From Monocercomonoides exilis PA203 (taxonomy: Eukaryota; Protista; Preaxostyla): 64,000 bases of DNA. The DNA is taken from contig LSRY02000019.1 of assembly GCA_001643675.2 (NCBI GenBank), forward strand, positions 62,001 through 126,000, written 5' to 3'. Both the position numbers and the translations under genes were made by a program. Of this stretch, positions 11,501 to 22,557 are shown piece after piece (the stretch's first letter is position 1; every line of letters starts with the position of its first letter). The notes beneath the pieces were generated by a model. That model made no database searches, had not been told where the DNA came from, and saw only the letters and a program-made list of their open reading frames with translations.

Positions 11501-14500
11501 TCTGCTTCAAACACAACAGACACCACATCTTCTGAACACACTTCAGTCACTGAAACATCTTCACCATCCTCTTCCTCTTCCTCTTCCTCTCCTTCCTCTT
11601 CCACCCCCATCCCCTCCTCCCCTTCCCCTTCCCCTTCCTCCTCTCCTCCTCCTCTTTCCTCTGACATTCTCTCTCCCTCTCTCCTCTCCCATGTGGCAGG
11701 CGCTGCCATGTGTCTCCCTTCCTCCCGTCTGATGCCTCTTCTCCATCGCATCATGCGCATCTTCAGCGACCTCTGCGAAGCCAAAAAGGAGTTCCTCTCA
11801 CAAGTCATCGCTTCTTCGGCTGTCCCTTCCACTTCCACTCCTTCTGCTGCATCGTCTGAGTCCTCCCTCCGCCGCTCTGTCTCTCTCTTCTCTTCCTCCG
11901 TCGCTCAAAACACTGTTGCTTCTTCTTCTTCTTCTTCCTCTTCCTCCTCTTCCTCTTCTCCTTCCTCTTCTCCTTCCAATGCTAATAATGATGCCAATAA
12001 TCCTCACAATCTCAGCAACCTCAGCAAAGTCAGCAGTGCCAGCAAGCTGCCCAACTTTTCTGTCTCCTCGTTTGTCGCTCTCACCTCCTCAGACACTTCT
12101 TCTGAGCACAGACGGGCGGTTGTGGAGTGGCTGTGGCAGGTGAAGGAAGAGGGCACGCAACATTACAAGGCGTTCCTTCGCCTTCCTCCTCTCATGCAGA
12201 GGGTTCAGATGGAATATATAGATGATTGTAATGTGAAGAATGTTTGCTCAACAATGTCAAGCTCTCCTAATTCTTCTTCTTCTTCTCATTCTTTGGCTGC
12301 TAATCTCTCAACTGCCCAACTTACACGAACGAACTCCTCTTCCTCTCCACAACGTCCTCTTTCTCTTTCTCTCACTTCATCCACAAATAATCGCAGTTCA
12401 TTATCATTATCATCTTCAGCATTCCCTTCTTCTTCCTCTTCTTCTTCCTCTTCTTCCTTCTCTTCCCCTTCCATTCTCTCCAGTTCTCTTCCACTTCAGT
12501 TGGTTTCTCCTCATTTGCCTCGTCTATTCCACCAGCCAGATCTGATGCGCCATGACTTCTCCTGTTTCGTCCTCAGCGACGGCGACTACAACACCCTCAC
12601 TGGCATCATCGTTGAGGGACTGCTTAGCTTGCAGGATGATGAATGGAATAACTATGCTCTTTCTTCTTCTTCTTCTTCTTCTAATTCTCCAAGAGGAAAA
12701 CTCTTTGAACAGTCTCTTCTTTCCAATGATCATTCACTATCATCTTCTTCTTCTCCCTCTCCCTTTCCCTCTCCCTCTTCTTCCACTCATAAGTCTCAAC
12801 CGTCCCCTCCTCTTCGCATCGTCCTGATGGGCGGAAATTTGGAAGTGCACAAAGCAGTCAACGCGCTCTTCCAGGTGCAGACGACGTTTCCCCATCTGCT
12901 GAAGCACAAGCAGGTGCTCTTCTACCTCGTGCCCCTCACTCCTCACAAGAGAGACCCAGACGCTGCTCGTGTTGCAAACAGAGGGAATGGGCAAACAGGT
13001 GCAGAGAATATGGGCGCTTTGGCTGCTGGCTTGTCGTTCGGGTCGTTTGATGTGGGAAATGCTTCGGCACCGCCGTCTTCTACTTCTCCATCTGTTTCAT
13101 CGTCTGTTTCATCATCGTCATCATCCTCTTCTTCTTCTTCAATTTCAACTTCTTCACTTTCTTCTCCTTCTTCTCCTTCAGCTACCACATCCACCACCAC
13201 CACCACCACATCCCTCCCTCTCTCTTCTCTTCCACTCCCCCGCTCTCCTCTCGAAGATGAGAATCGTCTTGGCCTCTATCTCTCTTCCATCGATCCCTGG
13301 TTCCATCACCTCGTGTTCCTCCCTTGGTCTTCTCAGCAGCCACTGGCGTTTCCTTCGATGAAGACAACTGCTGCTGATTTCTCGTCGCTGGAGCAGAAGA
13401 ACGGGGCGTGGACGGTTGGAGTGGAGGGAGAGGAGGAGGAAGAAGAGGAGAAAGAGAGAGAGAAGGAGAAAGAGGAAAAAGGAAAGGAAAACAAGGTTTG
13501 TTGTTTAGAAAATGAGGCTGTTACTGTATCTGAGGGATCTGCTCAGAAAGATGAATGCAAAGAGCAAAGCAACTCAGAGAAACAAAAGACAAACACAAAG
13601 ACAACAAATGAAGAAGAATCCAATGGAGAAGGAAAAGAAGAGAAGAAGAAGGAAGAAGAAAAAGAGCAAAAAGAGCAATCAACAGAAAAAGCAGAAGAAG
13701 CGAAGGATTCGACAACAGAGAGTGAGACAGATGCCAAAATGAATGAAGCATCAAATGTGACACAGCCATTCTCTCTTTCAGCTGCTGACAGCCAACAAAG
13801 TGCCTGTGAGCATTCGAATGCTGCTGCAATCTCTTCTTCTTCTTCTTCCACCTCATCTTCATCTCCTTCTTCATCTTCTCCTTCTCCTTCCTCCCCTTCC
13901 AACAGCCAACTATCCAAAAGACTCTCCCTCACTCGTTCACGTGCCTCTTCCGTCTCCTCCAGCAGCATCCACCAGAACATCCTCCACCCTCACTCTTCTT
14001 CTCTCTCTGCCTCCTCCAGCTGCCTCGCTTCTGCCTCGCTCTCCCCTTCTTTCCTATGCAAGCGCGCCTCCTTCTCTTCTCTTTCTCCTGTCACACAGCT
14101 CGTCCACTACGCCGAGCACAGCCACAGAGGACATGTTACCCACACCCACCTGCACACTGCTGTCTCTCTCCCTTCTGCCCTCCACACAGGATTCGCCTCT
14201 CTCTCTCTAAGACCTCCCCTCGTATCACCTGCTGCCAGACACCTTTCGCAGCTGACGGCTCTGCACAAATCGAGAATAACACTCTCTTCGTTCGACGAGG
14301 CAGCCCCTCTGCATGCAGTGGACGATGCAATGCAGCTGCTGCTGACGATGGCACAACACAAACGAGCACTGAACATTTGGATAGCAGAGATGTGGTCGAA
14401 GGGCAAGCAGTGGGCAGAAGAGAGAGAGAGGAGAGAGAGGGAGATGGAGGCAGAGAGGCAGCAGATAAGACGAGGAGAGGCTGATTCGTCAAAGTCAGCG

Positions 14501-15846
14501 GCGAAACAGGAGGAGCTCCCGAAACCCATCTGGGCATGGTTCACGCCATATTCCTCTTCTTCTCTCTCTCAGTCATCTTCTGCTTCTACTTCTTCTCTGT
14601 CTTCATCATCATCATCTTCTTCTTCTTCCTCTTCTTCCTCATCATCATCCTCCTCTTCTTCTTCTTCCTTCTCTTACTCAGGTGCAACATCCACATATGC
14701 TCAATCAGAACTCATAGAAGTTCCAGTGTCTTCTCTTTCTTTGACTCTTTTGGAGGCAGCCGACGATGTTTCGAAGAATCCGCTGCCTGAACGGGTGTTG
14801 AGGGAGCAGCAGCTGAAAAAAGAAGAAGAAGAAAGAGAGAAAGCGATGAAGGAAGCACTCGAAAAGGGAGAGGCAGTTGAAGGAGATAACTCCAACAGAA
14901 CAGGCGAAGAAGGTGCAGATGATCTGATCTCCACACAAAGTGTGTCACAAATGGGGGACGACTCTTCTCTCTCCACACCTCCCACATCCTGTGTGGACGA
15001 TGACCTCTCATCTGCTGCTCCTCTTTCTCCTCTTTCTCCGCTGGCTGCCCTGTCAGACGCTGCTGGCTGTCTCGATGCAGCTCAGTCAGCACAGTGGATG
15101 AGTCTCCACAGATGCGCCTTCTGCCTGCAGATGCTGTTGTGTGTGCCAGGCGTGGATAGCTTGCAGATTGTCCACTCTCTCATCGCCAGAAAGAATGTGA
15201 AGCATATCACACCGTGCAGACTGAGGCTGACTTTCTTGGAGGTATGCAATTGAATCTTTTCTTTATTTGGTTGAATGAAACATATATATTGTGATTAATA
15301 TTGTCATTGTCATTTTGCATATATGTTTTTATAATTAATAATCTGTCAAATTTTCATTCCATTATTTTTTTTATTTTTCTATTTGACATGAACCGACTTT
15401 GCACTTAGGTCTCTACCGATAACACTCCGAAGGATGAGATCACAATTGCCACCACAGAGACGTGCTACTATTTATCAGCCACGTCTGTCCCACACTCAGA
15501 CGACATTGGCTTTGCCGGAGCGCCTCACCTGGACTCGCTGGAGCTTGCTGTTCTGAGCAACGACTGGTCAGTCAGCCATGCTGAGTCTAACACTCGCTCC
15601 AAATCAACAGCATCTTCGGCTCTTTCTTCTTCCTTCTCAACAACTTTTTCGCCTGTTCTTCGGTGCTTCCGCGTGGCGCATCTTCAGATAGACACTTTGG
15701 GGCGAGACGCTGATGATTCGTTCTCCTTTTGGCTCGATGGGCAATTCTATGGGCCAAGTGCTCGCTTGTGCTTATCTCTGAACCAATCAGATATAACGGG
15801 CGTTGACGACAAAATGAATATTGCGTCTTTCTTCCCTTCTTTTTAA
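8562..15846 (+). CDS. ~2300-aa Ser-rich protein with motifs of the PI3K class IB regulatory subunits p101/p84 (PIK3R5/PIK3R6-like), 5 exons
   Basis: Exons ~8562-8971, 9023-9083, 9144-9285, 9356-15241 and 15409-15846 splice in frame. Colinear blocks: INFWSL..IVLQSLIQK; LRPFVLQPHPVGGVARDTLTVVQEELCVTG; LRIVLMGG...QVLFYLVPL; NRLGLYLSSIDPWF; VDDAMQLLLTMAQHKRALNIW; C-terminal FSFWLDGQ...MNIASFFP. Confidence 0.65.
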
Positions 15847-16298
15847 ATTTTTGAGTTAGCCGCAATTATATTTATGAAGTTCTAAGTGTTTGTTATATTT
15901 TTATACAAAACATAAAACATAAAAATTTATTTGTTATTTTTAGTAAACGTTTAAGAAAGAAATAATTATCATATGTTTTTCATGTTGTTATTTATTTCTT
16001 GGTAGTTTCTCTTTAGTATCAAAATTATTAATTTTGAATAAAATACAGATATTTTGTTGTGTTTGTATTTTTTGAAGGCCCTGCAAATATTCCATTTGTA
16101 TTATAAAGAAGTTTATTTGCAATTGCTTTGAATCACATCAAATATATTGTTTGATTTTCTGTTGCATCATTAACACATAACGATTTTTAAGATCATTTAT
16201 AAATTATCCAAGTTAAAATATTTGGAAATGCAAGACTTTTAATTGAAAACAAAATTATCTAACATTGAATAATGTTTAAGAAAGATAGGAAAAGCAAT

Positions 16299-17111
16299 TT
16301 AACATCCGCCATATCCACAGTTTGATGAACGCAAGCATCCTCCTCCTCCGTAGATTCCGCGGGAGTTGCAGTTCAAGCCAGCAGCATTGTTGTAGCAGTT
16401 GTTAGCGTTTCCGCAAGCATGGTTTCCGGCAATGCGGCGTGATCCAGCACACATGTTGGCATGTCCCATGTCATAGCAATCGTTTCCTGTGCTAATTGCT
16501 TCGTTTGCACGACGGATCATAAACTCATCTGCGCATTTTTGAGCATAGGCACGGTCACCATGAACGCGACATGCATCAGCATTCATGTGAGCTCCGTTAG
16601 CTGATCCGCAAATTGCACCTTGGTTGTATCCGCAGTTTCTGTTTCCAGCACCATAGCAATTGGCTGATTTTCCGTTCGCATATCCTGCACCTCCTCCTCC
16701 TCGGATAGATGATGTTTGACCATACATGCGTGGGGCTTGGCACATATTTCCGTAGTTACCATAGCCACCATTCATTCCATTGCATCCCATTCCGTTGTAT
16801 CCCATTCCGTTGTATCCCATTCCATTACATGCATCACAAGGAGCTGCACAAGCACACAACTCATAGCAGCATCCATCAGGATAGCAGCAAGATCCGCAGC
16901 ACATCTCCTCAAGTTCTTCATCAGAAAGTTCAGACCCACACAAAAAGCCCATTCCTCCCATACCCATTCCTCCCATGCCCAATGCACCAAGGCCTCCCAT
17001 TCCTCCCATGCCTCCGAATCCGCCCATTCCTAATCCGCCAAGTCCTCCCATTCCTCCCCAGAATTGTGCAGTCAATGCTGCAAGTGAAAGAAGTCCAACA
17101 AAGAATTTCAT
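16299..17111 (-). CDS. Secreted Gly/Met/Cys/Asn-rich low-complexity protein (candidate wall/coat structural protein)
   Basis: Single-exon 270-aa ORF with signal-like MKFFVGLLSLAALTA, a GGMGG/GGLGG tract, a Cys cluster (CCGSCCYPDGCC), GMG[YC]N repeats and a Cys/Gly/Asn-rich C-terminal half. Confidence 0.8.
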   Translation of the reverse strand: MKFFVGLLSLAALTAQFWGGMGGLGGLGMGGFGGMGGMGGLGALGMGGMGMGGMGFLCGSELSDEELEEMCCGSCCYPDGCCYELCACAAPCDACNGMGYNGMGYNGMGCNGMNGGYGNYGNMCQAPRMYGQTSSIRGGGGAGYANGKSANCYGAGNRNCGYNQGAICGSANGAHMNADACRVHGDRAYAQKCADEFMIRRANEAISTGNDCYDMGHANMCAGSRRIAGNHACGNANNCYNNAAGLNCNSRGIYGGGGCLRSSNCGYGGC

Positions 17112-18142
17112 TCAGAATATCTGATTGGTATCAATAACAGATATTTTGTTTTAAAGGATAATATTTAAACGAATTTATCTTGTCAAGTTTACAGTTAAGA
17201 CATGAATTAAAAATAAAGCTCAAGTCGAATACGAAATTATTTGATTATGGGTCAAAATGGTTGGAAAAAAACATAATTTATCGTTTTTGAAATCACTGCT
17301 TAATTCATTTTTTATTTGATCGTTTCAATTAAGCTTATCTGACAAGGCAAATCAAATAGTGCCTCGTTAGTCCCTTTGCGAAAAAAATGATTTGTATGAA
17401 TTAAAAAAAAAATACTGAGTTCAATGCATAGATTTCCAAGTGAAAAAAATGCACCAGAATCAAAAATCAAAACAATGCATTAATCTTTTGTTTGAAATGT
17501 TGCAGAAACATTAATTTATTTCTAAATTTTCTTTTATAACGGAATGTCTTTTTCTCGACAAATCCATCCGATTATTATCATTCAACGAATGCAATACCAA
17601 GTTTTTGTTTTTTATAGAAATTTGCCGTTAACAATTAACATTCAAGTCCATTTGAATTTTTGGAAAATAATATAACGTTTCTGATGAAATCAATTTCAAA
17701 TGAATATTTTTTATGAAATAACAATTATTATTCAACAGCAATCATTTTTCAACCATCGAAAAATAAACCAAAGAGCTAAATAATTTTTGTTGTTTTTCCA
17801 AATGAAAGTTCATGTCATGATGTGCAGGATTTGAGTATCTGAACGAAATAGAAAAAATAACAAACCTGATTTCTCGTTCGTTATTTCGTGCTAACTCCAC
17901 TTATATTAATATCGCGTGAGGCAGACTTTATCCATAAAAATTATTAAATAGATCATTCAAAAATTTGAATAAAATTGAAAAACTCAAAAAAAAGTTGGTA
18001 CACATATCGCAAAAAATTCCGTACATCGCATAAAATACAAGACAAGATCGATTTCACAATAACTGCAAGAGGAATAATTCTGACAATTTTCCTCAAAATA
18101 TATCTCATCAATGCAAACTCATTTGGCTTATCAAACTTCCAT

Positions 18143-18254
18143 TTTCATGAAGACTGAATATAGAAAAAATTATTTTTGAAATTTAGGAGAAACTCAATAT
18201 CATATTTCTCCTAAATTTCAAAAATAATTTTTTCTATATTCAGTCTTCATGAAA
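18143..18254. repeat. Perfect inverted repeat with 50-bp arms and a 12-nt loop
   Basis: 18143-18192 is the exact reverse complement of 18205-18254; the loop is ctcaatatcata. Confidence 0.95.
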
Positions 18255-18421
18255 TGACAATATGATTTCAAAGCCAAAACATAAAAGATTTGAATCAGAT
18301 AAAATGAAATCACAAATGAGATTTTATTGTGATGTCAGTTCAATCAATTTCAACGTTTGAACAAAAAAGTTCTATTCTTTCAAATTGCAGCTATTTTGTG
18401 GAAAAGTGAAATTATAAAAAG

Positions 18422-18458
<37 letters not shown>

Positions 18459-18459
18459 A

Positions 18460-19420
18460 GATATTTGATCACCAATGACAAAAAATTAAAAAATCAATAA
18501 AAACAAATTGATAAAGATTTCATTCATAAATATTCAATTGATGATGTCATCTTCCTATGTGAATGAAAGAAATAAAATTTTGTTCATTTTATTAAAAACA
18601 AAAATGTTTATACAGTCAAAACCGGATAAAATCTCATCGATTTTTGCACAACTTTTTGTGACATTGTCCGATTGTGATTATATTCGATGAGACAGTGCAC
18701 AGAAAAGTTTAAAAATTAATTTATGAAATAATTAATTATGAGTCAATTTTTTTATTTTTGGAAATGTTTCACAAAAACAAGTTTTTCAATAAAAACAACA
18801 ATTTTTTTTATTTTATTATGTTATACTGACTTATTTGAACATTTTTATGAAAAAGCGAAAAATAGAAAATTATAATCAAATAATCGTTTTTTCATTGAAA
18901 AATGAACCCATAATAATTTTTAATGTGATTGAAAATATTCAGCCGTGTGATTATATGCGATGGAAAAAAAAAGGGAAAAAAATATTTGTGCATCGAAAAT
19001 TGTGACTATAAACAAATGTGAATAAATTCAACGTGATTATATCCGGTTTAGACTATTATTCAAATAATGCACAATTCATTTTGCATCAATATTTGCAACA
19101 AAACCAACAAAATTATATCTAAATGATTCAACACAATAATTTTTGATGTGCATGAGCACGAAAGTCATTGAGTGTAATAAGAAGGATTTTATAACAAATA
19201 TTGTGGCAAAAAGAAATGTTCATTATGAAAATTATTAACATTTTTATTTTTTATCAAAGGAACTTTTATAGAAAATCTTTCATACATAGAGGAAGATGAC
19301 ACACTCGATTGAATGTTTTTGAAGGTCAGTCAAAGTTCATTGATTGACCTTCAAAAACTTTAAATTTGAATGACAAAATAATATCGATTTTTTATTCAAA
19401 AAATGAACATCAATTAAGCT
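18460..19420. mobile_element. Degenerate fold-back/MITE-like non-coding element
   Basis: attcaattgatgatgtcatcttcctatgtgaatgaaaga (~18532) matches the reverse complement of ~19276-19315. agtcaaaaccggataaaatc (~18614) matches the reverse complement of ~19035-19054. Boundaries are approximate. Confidence 0.45.
19315..19358. repeat. Hairpin with 19-bp arms (one G-T mismatch) and a 6-nt loop
   Basis: gtttttgaaggtcagtcaa-agttca-ttgattgaccttcaaaaac. Confidence 0.85.
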
Positions 19421-20178
19421 TTTTTCTTTTTTGTGAAACAATAATCCAAAAAAATGGGGCATTGTATAACAATTCAAGCATTATCGTTAACTAAATATGT
19501 ACTTTTAATGAGCTTTTTGTGATCAAAAAAACGCAATAAAAATGTGTTAATTTTGGAAATACGTATGAGGTCACAAAACATAAAAATATTTCATCAATGA
19601 TGTTTGTTTTCAATTGTGAAAATTTAATATATTTTGAAATCTGATAAAGTTTAATTATATTATAAGTGAAACAAAGTTTTCAAAATATGTGCAAATAACG
19701 CATGAAAGCACGTATTTTCCCCCAAATGTCAATCAATTGTTATTTTTTCAATTTCACAATGTTGTGATCAACGAAATGAAATGAACTCTTCAAAGTTTGT
19801 GATTCATTTGTAGGTTTATCTTAATGAATGATTCGGCTAAATTTCAAACTTTTTTTCCATTGAAAATATGATTTCATTTTTAATCACCCATTGATATTCA
19901 AAATTCACGGTTTTTTTTTTGAACTTTTATTCTTTTCAAAAAAATATTTAACATTGGAAAAGAACGATGAACAACTCTATACGTAAAAGTGATTATTAAA
20001 AACATGAATCATATTCATTATCTAAAAAGTTCACAAAGTATTTGATAAATTTATAGTTAAAAGCTCATTAAAACATTTATGAAAAAATGAATAAAAAAAT
20101 ATTCAAAACTCAAATAAAAAGCATTCTTTTCCAAAATACTATTTGAAAAATTAAAAATGTTTCATTTACAGATGAAAA

Positions 20179-22083
20179 TCAACTATTTCTTTGAAGGTGA
20201 GCTGCGCGAGCATCATCATAACCTTCTTTTTCGAGTTCATTATTTACCATTAACAGTTTACGCTTCCGCGCAAGCATTTCACCATCATTTTTCGATTCTC
20301 TAATGAAGATATCAAGACTTAGTAATAGAGAATCGATACATTCTTTGGAAGCGTTTATGAAATTCACATCAATATCATCAAATGATACAAAAGGTTTAAT
20401 GCTTTCAAACAATTCTGCAAATTCAACGTATTGATATTGATAAATTAGAATATCAAGCCACAAAGCATTTTTGTTTAAGATTTCCGCATCAAAAAATCTT
20501 CTCTGCTGTAAAAACTCAAGATGTGAAATAGATTTGCATTTATTCTCTAATCCATCACGATTGCTATCAATCTTTCCCGTATTTTTCTTTTCGTGATGGT
20601 TTCGAAAATAGTTGATCAACGCAGCTCTTTCTGAAACGATGGACGAAGAAATTTGAATACATTTTTTCAATTCGCAATAAGTTAAGGGATTATGCTTTGA
20701 AAATACAAGAAATGAATTCAGAAATTCAACAAATGAATATTTGATGTACCAATCCTTTTTAAGCTGATCCAGTGACTTTACAATGTTTTCTATTGAATCT
20801 CCTTTCATTTCTTTCGATTCTCCATCATCAAAATATATGTTAACTTCTTTTTCGAAACATTTCCAATTCACAACGCAGCTTTCCTGTAAGCAGTTTTCAA
20901 ACCAATCAATAGCAGTCAAAAACAACTTTGATCGTTCTTCAGCCGATAAATTAATATATTTATTATTTAAAATAGTGATAAGCAACCACGCAACATTATC
21001 TTTCCTCAATTTCATGAAATCAGTAAACACGAGCAGCTCTTTTTCCTTTTCCTTACATTCGTAGCTGTTTGTAATAGCCAACTGTTTTCGTTGCACATAA
21101 AGCTCAAAACGAACAATTTGATCAAGAAAAACGTTGAAATAATCATCAATAGCATCATCGTCACTATTGTGGTAACACCTCCATTTTTGCAATCTTTTCA
21201 AATTATGAATTGTAATTAATGCATTCATTATTATGTCGTTCCGAAAATTGAAATCAAAAATTTCCAGGAAACATTTGTTTTTGTAAATAGCTTGGTGAAA
21301 GTTCTCACTCGTCTTTCTCAAAACGTGGTCATTTTTACAGAATAAAGCCAGGAGCGTCTTTGATAATATGTCAAAAATCTGAAATTTGATAAGATCCCAT
21401 TGATAAGTATTTGACATACATCCAACATATGCACATAAAATTCGAAACGATGCAGCCATTCTTGACGTTTGCATAACCAACGCTTCACACAACTCTTCAG
21501 TTTTTATATGTCCGTTCTCATCAAATGGAAATTTCTCTAAAATCTCTTTTTCATAGATCCAGTTTGACAACGTAGACTCAAAAAAACACCATCCACCATA
21601 GTCCTTACAAAAGAATAATTTCATTTGACATATTTCTAGAAGGAGCACAATTAATTCTTGTGTTTGCGCTTCAGGTTTGAAGTGGACATATATATTTCGA
21701 AGATCCAAAAAAAAGTCTCTTGATCCAGAAAGCAACATTTCGTTGTTATTGACACCCAATGTTAGAAAAATGATTTTTATTAATATTATAATGTGCCTCT
21801 GATTTGTAGATTCATATGCAATAGATGCAAGTTCTAAGAAAAAATAAATTAAAATAAACAATAAATCATTTCAAATTATTAAGATTATAATAAAGATTCA
21901 AACTTTGTAACGTCGTTCTATTTTCTGATTCAGCAATACGTTTTGACTCGCATTTTTTTGTATATTCGTCCAAAATTTCTGAAAATACAAAAAATAAATA
22001 GTTGAAATTGTTAACCTTTTCGAATACATCTAACCTTTAATATCACTATTGTATATTTCTTCTTCATTGAAAATATCAAACAT
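20179..22083 (-). CDS. Hypothetical, probably all-helical protein, 3 exons (~590 aa)
   Basis: ATG at 22083 (MFDIFNEEEIYNSDIK) splices through two GT-AG introns into the 560-aa ORF at LASIAYES. It ends ELEKEGYDDARAAHLQRNS; no domain recognised. Confidence 0.7.
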
Positions 22084-22557
22084 AGATTTTAAACGTTCCT
22101 TGCCACACACACACAAATAAAAAGCAAGTCTATTATTATTATTAATGGGATAAGCAAAATTATTATTCGTTAAAAACCTAAATATGAGAGTTCACAATTA
22201 ATTTAGCGCATTCAATACTTGCCATTTTACACTTTTTTCATAAAGAAAGAAATATATCCATTTCTCTTTTTCACAAATAAAACAAAGATGGAAAAAATAA
22301 TTAATTAGGATTATTTCTCTTTGAAATTTCACAAGAAACACATATTCAAAATTAATTAATTTTCTCATTTAATAACATAAATCAAGACAAAACGATAATT
22401 TGACATGAATTACTTGAAGAAAAATATGAATAAATAAATTCAGATTTATAAAAAATTGTTTCATGAATATAAAGTGATATTGCTCATGAATAAAAAAATC
22501 AAAAAATATATAAAGAAAATCAATAAACTATAAAGATCACAAGAAAGGAATATAACT

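Noticed and set aside
9633-15092. Overlapping alternative-frame and antisense ORFs (poly-Leu, poly-Glu, poly-Arg); likewise within 25557-29250, 35802-40210 and 57788-63718
   Set aside because: Expected by-products of stop-poor TCT/GAA low-complexity coding sequence.
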